A stretch of 64,000 nt of DNA from the IMG/VR virus record IMGVR_UViG_3300020156_000368; one strand, written 5' to 3'. Numbering within the stretch: position 1 is the stretch's first letter; each line of letters opens with the position of its first letter. The DNA comes from an uncultured virus (IMG/VR IMGVR_UViG_3300020156_000368). Taxonomy: Duplodnaviria; Heunggongvirae; Uroviricota; Caudoviricetes. The notes below the pieces were generated by a model. It saw only the letters and a list, made by a program, of their open reading frames with translations, was not told the origin of the DNA and ran no database searches. Below are positions 37,723-48,115 of this stretch, in pieces. A program made the translations under genes and the position numbers.

Positions 37723-40700
37723 ACATCATCTTCTTAAGCTTCAAATATTCGGCACATGCAAGCCTTGCTATATTTGTGTAGCTAGCCATAGCAAAACCAT
37801 TTTGATCTTGCTGCGTAGCTGCTGGAGCACCCAATCCCTTTTGCGTCATTTCTGCCTGAAAATCAGGCGGACCCAATTCTATAAGAAAGTTAGCTAATTC
37901 TTGGGTTTTTGCATCTTGGAAGGATCGGAGTAGTTTTAGTTTTGGCTCAATGTAGAATAACCACTTTCCATTGCCTACATTTAGCTGCTTAAATATTTGT
38001 TTCAGTGATTCAACCGCAACTTCATCATAGCCCAATTGATTTAATCTTTCTTGGCTAATCATATTTTTTACAGTCATGTATTTATTAAGGTGATCAAGTG
38101 CACGACTTATCGAAATTCGATATTTAGCTGCGTAATTATAGTCATTTTGGAAATTATTTAAATGAATTTCTATATTTTGTCCTATTTTGGGAGCGGCTAG
38201 TGGAGTATCGGATAGTAGAAGAAAGTCACCCAAATCAAGATGTCCGTAAAGCTCTTCATCACCCAAATAGCGATTAAAGAAGCTTTCCTTGGTGTTTTGA
38301 TCTACTGATGTAGTATCAATCATATTCGTCAATTCTTTTAACGCGCCCGAATTCCGATGCATTATTACTCCAGTGTAGTCTGCACCTTCGCCATTTGCAT
38401 ACATATTCATAAATTCAACAAGAGATTGCTGAACTTCTGGAATATAGAATAAATCTCTCATAATCGGGTTGCTTTCAAAAAAGGAAATGAGCATAACAAA
38501 TATCCCAGGATTTTGTTGAGCCATTTGGATAAAATTTGGCTTCAGTGCTTCAACGAAATCGCCGCCAATCTTCCTATAAAGATCAACAAACGTCTGTAGC
38601 ATTTCACTCATAGTGCTTGCTATTCCGCCAGCTTTAAATGACGTAATGCTTTTTTGGAAATTATTACCAATGCCAGCAATTACTTGAGAAGCAAGCCCAT
38701 GAACTCCCTGCTCAACATATTGGGCAAAGTTTGGGTCTTGCTGCATTTTTTCTTTTAATAGTGGATAAACTTTTTTATGATTTAATCCTTCTAGTAGCAA
38801 TGGGCTTGATTGCTGATTTTTATAAAATTCATCAAAATCTTTCATAAAATAAGCAAGCAACTGTTCTTCCATAAAATCCCTTGTTATTAGCATGTTGCTG
38901 TTAGCTCTTTCAATTACATTAAAGCTATAATTTAAAGAGTTGCGCTGGATCAAATCAGGCAAGATTGTCACAAGAAACTTATTTTGCAACGCACTTCGAA
39001 ATTTATTGGCTGATGGACTTGAAGATGCGACAGCAAAAGCATAACTTCCAGTATCTAATAGGCGATTAAAAGATTCCCAATCTCTTGCTTGTTCATTAAT
39101 TATTTGCACAATACGGTTTTCCTGAAGATTCATAATTTCCTGAGGAAGCATATCTTGATATTGTTTATAAGTAATGCCATACATACTAAAGGTTTCTTTC
39201 GCGTCTCCAGGTGGAAGATTTAAAATCACCTCAGAAAGCCTATCTTTGAATATTTGAAGTTGCTCTTCGTTTAGTGCTGGCAATATGACGTTTGGAAGCA
39301 TGCGAGTAGCACCATTGTTATTTATGTATAATAGGAAATTTCGATCATCTGAAGTGAGAATTGTATTAACTAATATTTCAAACGTAGTCTGAACAGACTG
39401 CTTAACATCTTCGTATACATCTAAATTGTAATATTTCTTTAATAATACTTTTGCTTCACTGCGATCTTCTTCATATTTCTGTCTTTCAAATCCAAGATGT
39501 GAGAAGAATCTTACAGCGTGCTTGTGCACGTCTATCTCTGTGAATAGTTGGATATCTTTGCGAATCTTTTCATATGAAGGCGGATGACTTTTAAAAAGAT
39601 TTATTACGTTCTTATTATATATTGGACTCTCATTAAAAGTAAAGCTAATTTCATTGCCTTTAATTTTGTAAGATACCCGATTCGCAAAATTCGCAATATC
39701 TTCTGCGGTAAATCTTGCATTTAATGCTGGATAATGGAATTGAAATTTCCTAAGCGCATTAAATTTCTTATCAATATCATCAGTAGTCGTATGCATTGGC
39801 AAAGCATCTTGTATAAAATATCTTTTAAATTTAGAAACTTCTTTATCTAGCACTTCGATATTTTGTGCAAAGTAAGCCTTAGCTTGAGGAGTAAAAAACT
39901 GATCTAAATAATTGGTCACATAATCATTAAAATTTTCGGTAAGTGCAGAAAAATCATCAACAAGTATATTATGAGTAGAGCCTAGAGAATCACTGTAATG
40001 TCCGCCACTTTTATTATAGGTGCTTTGAGGGATTTCAGGTTGTTTTTCAGCCAGATAACTCTTTATAGTCGTCAATACATCATCTTTTAGAAATTGAAGA
40101 GCCTTAATACCGTATAATCTATCCTCAGGGATAAGAGTGTAGTGAGTAGGGTCGGCGGGATGCGTAAATAATCTAATCCATACTCTGCCAAGTGGTTTGC
40201 TTAATGTTTCGGTATCATCTTTAGTAGTTAAATAAGCAGCACATCCGCCTTGCTCAACTTCATCAAAGAGGTCTTCGTGGTGCATTCCTACGCCCAGCGT
40301 CATACAAGAGTTTTGATCGCACTCCATGGTGCCTCTTAGCGGATTGCCTTCGTAATATTTGCTCCAATAACGGTCATAGCTCATTTTGGCAATCTGATGA
40401 GGGTCTTGAGTTAGAACAATTACAAGATCATTAATATCAATCCCAAAAGCTTCCAAGTTTTTATATTCTTTGCCATAGCTTCCTTTTAGGTTAGCGACGG
40501 AATCGAACATAGATTGATACATTCCTTCGCGTTCCTTAATCATCGTAGCAATTTCTTGGATTTTGTTTAGCTTATCATCTTTGGAAATATTTTTATCTTG
40601 TTCAGTTTGACTGCGTTCTTGTTTTAATCTCTTGATTTCTGAATCATTTAAAATAGCCTTTTTTAGCGCAGAAGACCATGGAATAACTCTTCCGTATTGA

Positions 40701-41014
40701 TCCTGTACGGTCATTGCTTTAGGGTCGATGTTGGAGAAGCCCAAACCACTTAAGGTTGTGACAATTTCGCTTTGAGTTTTTGTCTGAAGAGGCAAAACGA
40801 TATTAGCTTTTATTTGCTGAACGTTGTGGTATAGATTTCTATCAAGATCAGTTTTTGATTCTGGGAACCACGGATCAAGCATGTTTTTGCGCCTCATATA
40901 CAAGTTGTTAACTCGTGTGCGCCATTGTTCATCATATTCCTGATCAGAAGCAAAAGTGTGCAAAAGACTCAAGTGCGTGTTGTTTGTAATTTTCTTGAGA
41001 TTTAAAAAAGGCAT
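37721..41014 (-). CDS. Paralog family A protein, 1097 aa
   Basis: TQDPHQIAKMS...W...NSCMT..G...GGCAAYL...GRVWIR...YSDS; long helical C-terminus. Confidence 0.85.
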   Translation of the reverse strand: MPFLNLKKITNNTHLSLLHTFASDQEYDEQWRTRVNNLYMRRKNMLDPWFPESKTDLDRNLYHNVQQIKANIVLPLQTKTQSEIVTTLSGLGFSNIDPKAMTVQDQYGRVIPWSSALKKAILNDSEIKRLKQERSQTEQDKNISKDDKLNKIQEIATMIKEREGMYQSMFDSVANLKGSYGKEYKNLEAFGIDINDLVIVLTQDPHQIAKMSYDRYWSKYYEGNPLRGTMECDQNSCMTLGVGMHHEDLFDEVEQGGCAAYLTTKDDTETLSKPLGRVWIRLFTHPADPTHYTLIPEDRLYGIKALQFLKDDVLTTIKSYLAEKQPEIPQSTYNKSGGHYSDSLGSTHNILVDDFSALTENFNDYVTNYLDQFFTPQAKAYFAQNIEVLDKEVSKFKRYFIQDALPMHTTTDDIDKKFNALRKFQFHYPALNARFTAEDIANFANRVSYKIKGNEISFTFNESPIYNKNVINLFKSHPPSYEKIRKDIQLFTEIDVHKHAVRFFSHLGFERQKYEEDRSEAKVLLKKYYNLDVYEDVKQSVQTTFEILVNTILTSDDRNFLLYINNNGATRMLPNVILPALNEEQLQIFKDRLSEVILNLPPGDAKETFSMYGITYKQYQDMLPQEIMNLQENRIVQIINEQARDWESFNRLLDTGSYAFAVASSSPSANKFRSALQNKFLVTILPDLIQRNSLNYSFNVIERANSNMLITRDFMEEQLLAYFMKDFDEFYKNQQSSPLLLEGLNHKKVYPLLKEKMQQDPNFAQYVEQGVHGLASQVIAGIGNNFQKSITSFKAGGIASTMSEMLQTFVDLYRKIGGDFVEALKPNFIQMAQQNPGIFVMLISFFESNPIMRDLFYIPEVQQSLVEFMNMYANGEGADYTGVIMHRNSGALKELTNMIDTTSVDQNTKESFFNRYLGDEELYGHLDLGDFLLLSDTPLAAPKIGQNIEIHLNNFQNDYNYAAKYRISISRALDHLNKYMTVKNMISQERLNQLGYDEVAVESLKQIFKQLNVGNGKWLFYIEPKLKLLRSFQDAKTQELANFLIELGPPDFQAEMTQKGLGAPAATQQDQNGFAMASYTNIARLACAEYLKLKKMM

Positions 41015-41083
41015 CCCCAGTCTCCAATATAGTTATTCTATTTTATTGGAGACTGGGGATCATTTTCCCTTTAATCTTAAAGC

Positions 41084-42829
41084 TTATTGAGCTACTGCAA
41101 CTGCTCCAAGACGCTTCTTCTTTGTCTTTTGCTTAACACCCAGCATAACTCGCTCAAATTTAATTGCGTACACATCCCACAGTCTGTTTAATATACTATC
41201 AAACTGTTCATCATGAACACCTGGAATACAGGATTTGACCGCTGTTTGACCGATTTCTCGAACTTGCTGCATAAGCATTGGTGACATAATGATATTATCG
41301 CTTATATCACCATTCCAAAGAACAGAACCATTGCTAGCCAACTGTTTTATATAATAGCTAGCGTCATACCCATATGGGCGATTGGATTTTGAGCCGCCAA
41401 TACCTGAAGAGACCTGTTGCAACAATAGGCTTATACCATAGGAATAATCAAAATGGAATTCCAGCTTCGAATAGACGTTTTTTAATTTCTCAATATACTT
41501 AAAGAAGTTCTCTACCTGGTTAGCTCCCATATAACCAACGTTAGGCTGCTGAAAATACCACTCTGCCCACTGGTAAATATTGGCTTTGAACGCTTCTGCA
41601 TACTCTGCATTGTCCTGAATGCCGTTTGAAATTGCAGGACGAAGAAAATCACGTGGAAGAATGCCACCAGTATTTTGATAATACCCGCCATAATTACCGA
41701 ACAAGTTATATCCGCTTGCGCGTAGGATAGCACAAGCATTCTTTGAGATATAGTCGTAATCATCATGGCGAATAAATTTCATTATTTCGCCATAACTATC
41801 ACTATATGCCGCGCCACATCTTTTGTAATTGCCGCTCACATATTCTGGCTGATGAGCTTCAATGTATTCCTTGATCTTGTCTGCAACTTCAGCTTTTAGA
41901 TTGGTCACGATTTGTGCGCAATAAAAGCCATTCTCCACAACAAGTTTGGGGATGTCGTTTTCTTCATGTCTAAATAATCTTATCCAAACACGTGCGAGTG
42001 GACGATGAAGCTCTACATCATCGCCTGTTGTAAGATATGCGACACATCCACCGTTGCGAAGTTCAGAAAATACGTTGCGATATATGCCGCGATTATCGCC
42101 AAGCGTTAAACAGGATTTTTGAGGTGATTCCAAAGCGTCTTTAAGTGGATTGTCACAATTTGATCCCCAGTATCGATCAAAACTCATGCATGCCATCTGA
42201 TGAGGGTCTTGAGTTAGAACAATAATTAGATCATCTAAGTCGCGATCAGTATCACTGCGTCGTTTAGCAGACGCTGCGTTTGCAAAGCGGGAGAAATCAT
42301 CCAGTACTGTTTTAAATTTAGCGTCAATTGCTTTAATATTTTCACGGACTTTGTTTATTAAGACAGTACGTTCATCCAAAGAGAGAGATTTATCAATCTG
42401 AATCTTTTCAATCTCTTCTTTTAGAGGCTTCTGTTCAGTATGTTTAATTTTAGTGATGATGGTTGCGAATTTATAGGTGTTTGTATCGCCAGCTTTGCGA
42501 AGTATACAATTTCTATGGTCGGCAATCCAACCGTTTTCTACTGAGTAGCCATGCTTTGTAAAAAATCCGACAACTTTATCCTTGTGCTTACTCTTAAATG
42601 GGATAATTACATCTGCCCGCATTCTCATGGGCTTTTTGCCATAAAGTCGTGGCTCATATTTTTCAACTTCTTGAGGAAACCAAGGATCGAGAAAATATTC
42701 TCTTTTACCGTAAGCTTTAAGTACCTTTGGTACATATCTGGCTAAATAACGCTTTTGCGAATTAGTCATTTGATGATATGTAATTCCAGCAGGAACGGGT
42801 TTAACTTCAGAAGAAGTTTTAGTTGTCAT
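41084..42829 (-). CDS. Paralog family A protein, 581 aa
   Basis: TQDPHQMACMS...KSCLT..G...GGCVAYL...ARVWIR...YSDSY; shares LDPWFP with its neighbour. Confidence 0.85.
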   Translation of the reverse strand: MTTKTSSEVKPVPAGITYHQMTNSQKRYLARYVPKVLKAYGKREYFLDPWFPQEVEKYEPRLYGKKPMRMRADVIIPFKSKHKDKVVGFFTKHGYSVENGWIADHRNCILRKAGDTNTYKFATIITKIKHTEQKPLKEEIEKIQIDKSLSLDERTVLINKVRENIKAIDAKFKTVLDDFSRFANAASAKRRSDTDRDLDDLIIVLTQDPHQMACMSFDRYWGSNCDNPLKDALESPQKSCLTLGDNRGIYRNVFSELRNGGCVAYLTTGDDVELHRPLARVWIRLFRHEENDIPKLVVENGFYCAQIVTNLKAEVADKIKEYIEAHQPEYVSGNYKRCGAAYSDSYGEIMKFIRHDDYDYISKNACAILRASGYNLFGNYGGYYQNTGGILPRDFLRPAISNGIQDNAEYAEAFKANIYQWAEWYFQQPNVGYMGANQVENFFKYIEKLKNVYSKLEFHFDYSYGISLLLQQVSSGIGGSKSNRPYGYDASYYIKQLASNGSVLWNGDISDNIIMSPMLMQQVREIGQTAVKSCIPGVHDEQFDSILNRLWDVYAIKFERVMLGVKQKTKKKRLGAVAVAQ

Positions 42830-42979
42830 AATTATATTGCCTTAAAATCTAAAAAACCATCTGTTATGTATACAATCTGTATATGATCATATTCTAGCCT
42901 TGTGATGCAGACATAAATTTTAAAGTTTTATGAATAATTAATCAGGTGCAGGGTATGACACTTAGAGGGAAGCTATACA

Positions 42980-43726
42980 ATGAGAAAAAAGATTAAATTT
43001 GATCAGGTTCGTCAACTTTTTGATATAGAGAAGATTCGGGAATATTGCACTAGTCCAAGTGAGTTTTTCTTTGATCAAGGGAAGGTAAAGAAAATCTCAG
43101 CAGACGAATACTCTCATAGAGAAAGATTTCTTATCCATAAAGATAACGATTCTCCCATTCTTGCAGTTGCCCATCTAGATACGGTGGCTATGTATCGCCC
43201 TGAAGAGCTTGATTTTAATCTATTTAGGGTTGAGCAAGATCAAGGATTTTCAACAATCGTGCAGTCTCCCAACATGGATGATCGCATGGGGGCTTACATT
43301 TTATTGGAAATACTGCCTAAGCTCGGTATTAATGCAGATATTTTACTGTGTGACACCGAAGAAATTGGTATGTCTACAGCCGCAGATTTCTATACTAAAA
43401 AGCAGTATAATTGGCTTTTTGAATTTGATCGTGCTGGAACCGATGTTGTTATGTATCAGTATGAGGATGATACAACTCGGAAACTTCTGGAAGATAACAA
43501 CTTTATAGTTGCGCAAGGTGCCTTTTCAGATATTTGTGAGCTTGAGCGTCTTGGTGTAAAGGCTTTCAATTTTGGCACAGGCTACTATCGCGCTCACACT
43601 AATGAATGCTTTGCTAATCTTGATGATTGCGCGTTCATGGTAAGTCAGTTTGCGAACTTCTATCATAAGCTCAAAGACATCAAGCTTCCGCATCAGATAA
43701 AGCGTTCTGAACCGCTCGATTACTAA
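42980..43726 (+). CDS. M20/M28-like zinc peptidase
   Basis: AHLDTV, DDRMG, EEIG, EFDR.G, FSDI, GYY.AHT..E-like metal ligands. Confidence 0.8.
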   Translation: MRKKIKFDQVRQLFDIEKIREYCTSPSEFFFDQGKVKKISADEYSHRERFLIHKDNDSPILAVAHLDTVAMYRPEELDFNLFRVEQDQGFSTIVQSPNMDDRMGAYILLEILPKLGINADILLCDTEEIGMSTAADFYTKKQYNWLFEFDRAGTDVVMYQYEDDTTRKLLEDNNFIVAQGAFSDICELERLGVKAFNFGTGYYRAHTNECFANLDDCAFMVSQFANFYHKLKDIKLPHQIKRSEPLDY

Positions 43727-43822
43727 GAAAAATAGCAATAAAAGCGAATTGTAACGATTAATTGGAATAGAAATGGCTCGTAAGTGGTAAGTTGCATAAT
43801 CAATGGTCCGAAGGGAACAAAA

Positions 43823-44305
43823 ATGAAAACTTTACAAGAGCCAACTTCTACGAAAGCCATCGTAGATTTAGTATTAGAGGAAGAAGCAGAAGGCTTGGGT
43901 TTGACCAAGAACGAGATAATGCAGCGATGGAAGTCTTCTCCAGAGACTGATCCACGCGAACTAATTGAGGCATTCGAGCCAGTTCCAGCAGGGAAAAAGG
44001 GTTCTCGCTTTGGTGAGTGTGGGATTCGAGTAGACGGAACATTGCGCCATATCTTCGCTGTATTAGGGCGTTTAAAACCGTACATTTTGCTTGACAATAC
44101 AGATACGCGGTTGGAAATCGGAATTATGCCGATCAAGGAACGCACTAAAACAGGTGAAAACACCGTTAATTTTGGTGACTTTACTGGCAGATATTCATGC
44201 TATATTCGCTTTTCTGAACGTACCGATAATGGAAAACGTTATGCGAGAAGCAGAGAAGACTTGCTCGAACATTCTGACGAGCTAGACACAATACTAGACC
44301 GATAA
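43823..44305 (+). CDS. Hypothetical protein
   Basis: AAGGGA RBS before ATG 43823. Confidence 0.65.
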   Translation: MKTLQEPTSTKAIVDLVLEEEAEGLGLTKNEIMQRWKSSPETDPRELIEAFEPVPAGKKGSRFGECGIRVDGTLRHIFAVLGRLKPYILLDNTDTRLEIGIMPIKERTKTGENTVNFGDFTGRYSCYIRFSERTDNGKRYARSREDLLEHSDELDTILDR

Positions 44306-44324
44306 AAAGCAAGAAAGGGCAAGG

Positions 44325-44738
44325 ATGCTTAGAATCTACGTAACAAACTCTGGAGTATGTGTTTCGTCCCTTCAAACGGACCAGCATCATTCGCGGACAC
44401 AGTTCACTGTTCGCACGTATAAGAAAAAGCCTGCTTATTTTGTAGGCGCATTTGATCGAAGTCAGATAGGTCGAAAAGCTATGCGTGAAGCAGCAAGAGA
44501 TGTGCTTCGTAAGCACCTGGGCGAAAAGATTCCCCAATTACGTTATACTAAGCTTCTACCTAAGAGAAAACGCAATTTCAAAGCTGATCGAAATGCGATT
44601 AGAGAGACTAATATAGTTTCTGCTTCCAAAAATGGGAACGGTCTGGCTTCTTCAAACAGCGCATTAAATCATGCAATAAAAGCCGCTGCTGATCTTCCAA
44701 ACAAACCTAAAGCCATGATCTTTTGGCAAATTAAGTAA
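44325..44738 (+). CDS. Basic hypothetical protein
   Basis: Packed ORF, Arg/Lys-rich. Confidence 0.6.
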   Translation: MLRIYVTNSGVCVSSLQTDQHHSRTQFTVRTYKKKPAYFVGAFDRSQIGRKAMREAARDVLRKHLGEKIPQLRYTKLLPKRKRNFKADRNAIRETNIVSASKNGNGLASSNSALNHAIKAAADLPNKPKAMIFWQIK

Positions 44739-44758
44739 CGCTTTCCCCTCTCAAGGAA

Positions 44759-44789
44759 AAGGGGCAGCTTCAATTTGAAGCTGCCCCTT
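44759..44789. terminator. Bidirectional terminator
   Basis: AAGGGGCAGCTTC-AATTT-GAAGCTGCCCCTT. Confidence 0.85.
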
Positions 44790-45142
44790 TATTTTTGTAT
44801 ACGCACCCAACCTCTATGCATTTTATTGGCAACATTGGGGTTATAGTAGCCAAAATCAGAGTCGTTAAAGATTCTGATGGCGGTCCTGTATCCTTGAAGA
44901 ATTTCTTTCCAGTTTGGAGAGGCTTTTAACTCTAAAAATGAGGGGTTTAAATCGTTGTGGTCAGAAAAATAGCTTTTGACGTAATCGAGAGCCTGATCAA
45001 GCCTTTTAAATAGCTCATTATCTGTAGGCTCTTGCGGAGCGTTCTGCAATTCATCATAGTTATATCTGATCGTCATCAGTGCTTGCCCGATACTATTCCA
45101 ATCTTCAGCAGCAGTTTTTACAAATCTATCTTTCCAATCCAT
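44789..45142 (-). CDS. Small protein with an MDWKD N-terminal motif
   Basis: MDWKDRFVKTAA; GGAGG RBS; class II promoter. Confidence 0.75.
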   Translation of the reverse strand: MDWKDRFVKTAAEDWNSIGQALMTIRYNYDELQNAPQEPTDNELFKRLDQALDYVKSYFSDHNDLNPSFLELKASPNWKEILQGYRTAIRIFNDSDFGYYNPNVANKMHRGWVRIQK

Positions 45143-45235
45143 TGCAAAACCTCCAAAATTCCTGCTGTATCTTTTCCTTTTTTCAAACAGACAATCCTTC
45201 CTGAATAAAATACGCGCTCAATGGCTATACATGGT

Positions 45236-45505
45236 ATGGCGCATATTTACAACATAGCACTTGATGATAATGATTTCTGCGTGATAGGTCCGCAAGGACT
45301 TAACTACAAAGGAAAGGTTGCTTGTGAGTGGCATATAGTTCCTAAAGGAAATTTTGCCAGCCCCAACGTTGATGTGACGCTGGGAGCGATTTTTAAACAC
45401 GGTTTAAGACATGATTACTATGCAATTTCAATGAAATTTAACGACGACGAAAAGCGAAACGTTATTGGAATTAATTCTATAGTAGAAACTCATATTCCAG
45501 AGTAA
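45236..45505 (+). CDS. Hypothetical protein
   Basis: First ORF of a packed + strand run (start 45221 or 45236). Confidence 0.55.
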   Translation: MAHIYNIALDDNDFCVIGPQGLNYKGKVACEWHIVPKGNFASPNVDVTLGAIFKHGLRHDYYAISMKFNDDEKRNVIGINSIVETHIPE

Positions 45506-45508
45506 AAT

Positions 45509-45889
45509 ATGTCGAATACAATTACATTAAAAATTGACGAGTATCACGACCTTCAAATTGAAGAAATGGGATGGAGTACTTCTGCATGTATTCTGTTTGA
45601 AGGAAAGCGTCTTATGGAGTCTAGTTTTTTGCGACCAATCTCGAAAAACATTTCAGGAAGGCAGTTTCTATTTCCAGTGTTCTTGCCTGAGTGGTTGCAT
45701 GAGCCTTTTGAGATGCAAAGCACACATCACTTTTCCGCCTCCACAATAGATGAATGGATTAACTATATATTTTGCTACGGTAAAGTGATGGCTAGAAAAC
45801 GCCGCAATAGATTTATTTCTGAGTATCAGCCACCTTGTTTTTTTAAACGGCTAGCGAACAAATTTGGCTTAGGTGTGTATTACTATTAA
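45509..45889 (+). CDS. Hypothetical protein
   Basis: Packed ORF. Confidence 0.6.
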   Translation: MSNTITLKIDEYHDLQIEEMGWSTSACILFEGKRLMESSFLRPISKNISGRQFLFPVFLPEWLHEPFEMQSTHHFSASTIDEWINYIFCYGKVMARKRRNRFISEYQPPCFFKRLANKFGLGVYYY

Positions 45890-45895
45890 GAGGCA

Positions 45896-46657
45896 ATGAT
45901 GCATAAGTATGTGACAGGAACTGCTTTAAAGAGGGAGATATACGCTGACGTAGAATTTTTTTGTTCTCGAAGCTCAGATTCCCAAATAGAAGATTTATAT
46001 CACGATAATCCCGACTTTACTCTGAATATTGAGGCAGTTACAGATATCAAAGGGCGATTTTTCGGGCATGTTTGGTCTGTCTATGACAAGGATAGAGATA
46101 GAATTGTTAGGCGCGGCATTAATCGCCCTGATGAAGAACTCTCCTATACACCGTCAATTCATAACTCTCGAACTGAAGCAGCAGAAGCTGCGGCAGAAGA
46201 TATGAAGAGACGACTTATATATTCTAAAAGAATACCCAAAAATACTACTCCAGAAGTTGTTATCGAGAATGATTTTATTAAAGTCGGATCATATACACTT
46301 ATGCGTACAACCTACGGTATGCTAAGCGAGGACTATGAAACCAAAGTAGGTAGATTTTGTGGCAGAATTAGCGCAGAAATTACCAAAGATAGCGACGGAA
46401 TATATAGTGTAACGGGATTTAATTGGGATATTAGATTTGCCGATGCCGATACAGTGCTAGAGGCTGGGTATGTTCCTTCTACGAATTCTGATGGAGCAAT
46501 ACTGGCTTCAAGAAAAGCAACTATAGAAAGAGCAGCGCTTAAACTGTCATATCAGCTAGGACTTCTGTCTGCCGTGTGTGGTGACACACGGACAAATCCT
46601 TTTTTTAAAATCTTAGCAGACATGAATTTAGATGAAGATTTTGAAGAAGAACTATAA
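45896..46657 (+). CDS. Hypothetical protein
   Basis: 253-aa ORF, GAGG RBS. Confidence 0.7.
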   Translation: MMHKYVTGTALKREIYADVEFFCSRSSDSQIEDLYHDNPDFTLNIEAVTDIKGRFFGHVWSVYDKDRDRIVRRGINRPDEELSYTPSIHNSRTEAAEAAAEDMKRRLIYSKRIPKNTTPEVVIENDFIKVGSYTLMRTTYGMLSEDYETKVGRFCGRISAEITKDSDGIYSVTGFNWDIRFADADTVLEAGYVPSTNSDGAILASRKATIERAALKLSYQLGLLSAVCGDTRTNPFFKILADMNLDEDFEEEL

Positions 46658-46679
46658 AATATATTAGTACGAGTTGTAA

Positions 46680-46934
46680 ATGAGATTAGTAACGGTACGC
46701 AGAAAACTTAAGAATTCTGGCTTTTCAGAAGCAAGTATACATAGTGTGTATGAATATATGCTTGGAACACCAGATAACACTCTTGACAAGCCTCTGACGC
46801 AAAGGCGTTGGCTGATTGCTTGTCAAAGAGCATTAGCAATGGAAGGGGCGGAAAAGAAGCCTCTTTCCGATAAGCAAGTACAGATTATATTAAATCAAAG
46901 AACGAGTGAAAAATGGAAGACAAATCAGAATTAA
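46680..46934 (+). CDS. Hypothetical protein
   Basis: Packed ORF. Confidence 0.55.
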   Translation: MRLVTVRRKLKNSGFSEASIHSVYEYMLGTPDNTLDKPLTQRRWLIACQRALAMEGAEKKPLSDKQVQIILNQRTSEKWKTNQN

Positions 46935-47230
46935 GCTTGGAAGAATTTACTGAGTATGTTGCCAACGGCGCAACTGTCGTTGACTTTTTTGCAACGTGGT
47001 GTTCTCCGTGCAAACTAATAGCACCGATTCTATCTGAGTTATCAGAAGAAAAGACAGATTATAAATTTGTCAAGATTGATATTGAGAAATCTCCCGATGT
47101 AACTGCTCATTTTGGAATTACATCAGTCCCTTCCATCTTAATGTTTAAAGATGGTGAGTTAAAGCAAAGAATTGCTGGAGCTTTGCCTAAAAAGCGCATG
47201 GAAGAAGAGATTGATGGAGCGCTTGGGTGA
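46913..47230 (+). CDS. trxA: Thioredoxin
   Basis: VVDFFATWCSPCK, GITSVPS, FKDG. Confidence 0.93.
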   Translation: MEDKSELSLEEFTEYVANGATVVDFFATWCSPCKLIAPILSELSEEKTDYKFVKIDIEKSPDVTAHFGITSVPSILMFKDGELKQRIAGALPKKRMEEEIDGALG

Positions 47231-47432
47231 TCTTCCAGAAGTTGGATTGGTCGTATTTAGATACATATCATCCTCTGGCAAAGAAATAGAAGATGTAATA
47301 AGAACATTTGATGCGAGAGCAGATATATACTTAGGTTACGTATATAAAGTATATGTTGAAAAAGAGAAAATAGGAGCTTTAAAGTTGTGTTTGGAAGCTT
47401 TAGACTCAGTTAGAGACTGCAAGACAAGATAA
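47214..47432 (+). CDS. Hypothetical protein
   Basis: Fills the gap to the terminator; start uncertain. Confidence 0.5.
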   Translation: MERLGDLPEVGLVVFRYISSSGKEIEDVIRTFDARADIYLGYVYKVYVEKEKIGALKLCLEALDSVRDCKTR

Positions 47433-47457
47433 AAGGCGCTCATTTGAGCGCCTTTTT
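47431..47457. terminator. Bidirectional terminator
   Basis: AAAAGGCGCTC-ATTT-GAGCGCCTTTT. Confidence 0.85.
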
Positions 47458-47460
47458 AAT

Positions 47461-48021
47461 TTATATGATGTTTTGAGTTTTAGACCTGTCAGCCCTAGAC
47501 ATTAGCAGTTCAGTAACACTATCGCGAACATCCATCATTTGTTCCATTATTTCAAGCTTCTTTTCTGAGTCTTTTTCTTCTAGAACAATGATCCCTTGAA
47601 CACTCTTAAAGCGCTTTTGCGGGGCATCTGCACGAAGAGAGCGAAGCAAAGCACTATCTGATTGATCAATGTCATCGCCCCAGGATTTAATAAAATTATC
47701 GTATAGACGAACATCACCAAACCAGCAAAGTCCCATGATGCATAGATCAATTATATCGCCTTTAATGTAGGCTAATATACGGTCATAAGATTCTTTGTCA
47801 TTATTTTTAATGGCTCTTCGCAGTGGATATTGCGCAGAAGCAAACTGTTGACGAACACTCGAAAACCTTCTGTCCATCTGATCAAGTCGCTTTTTTTCAT
47901 TAAGAGCTTCGAGTTCTTTTTCTTCCATAAATAATTTGCCTGCACGGTCCTTCGGAATAAGTTTATCTACAATTTGATCACTCAAATCTGTATCTTCTGT
48001 ATTATCGTGTTTATTTTCCAT
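47461..48021 (-). CDS. Hypothetical helical protein
   Basis: GGAG RBS before ATG 48021. Confidence 0.7.
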   Translation of the reverse strand: MENKHDNTEDTDLSDQIVDKLIPKDRAGKLFMEEKELEALNEKKRLDQMDRRFSSVRQQFASAQYPLRRAIKNNDKESYDRILAYIKGDIIDLCIMGLCWFGDVRLYDNFIKSWGDDIDQSDSALLRSLRADAPQKRFKSVQGIIVLEEKDSEKKLEIMEQMMDVRDSVTELLMSRADRSKTQNII

Positions 48022-48115
48022 AATTAACTCCAATTTTATATACATTTAACTTGCTCCCAAATTCTAAGTAAAATAGATGTGAATAACATAATGACCAACT
48101 TGTACTTAAAATATT

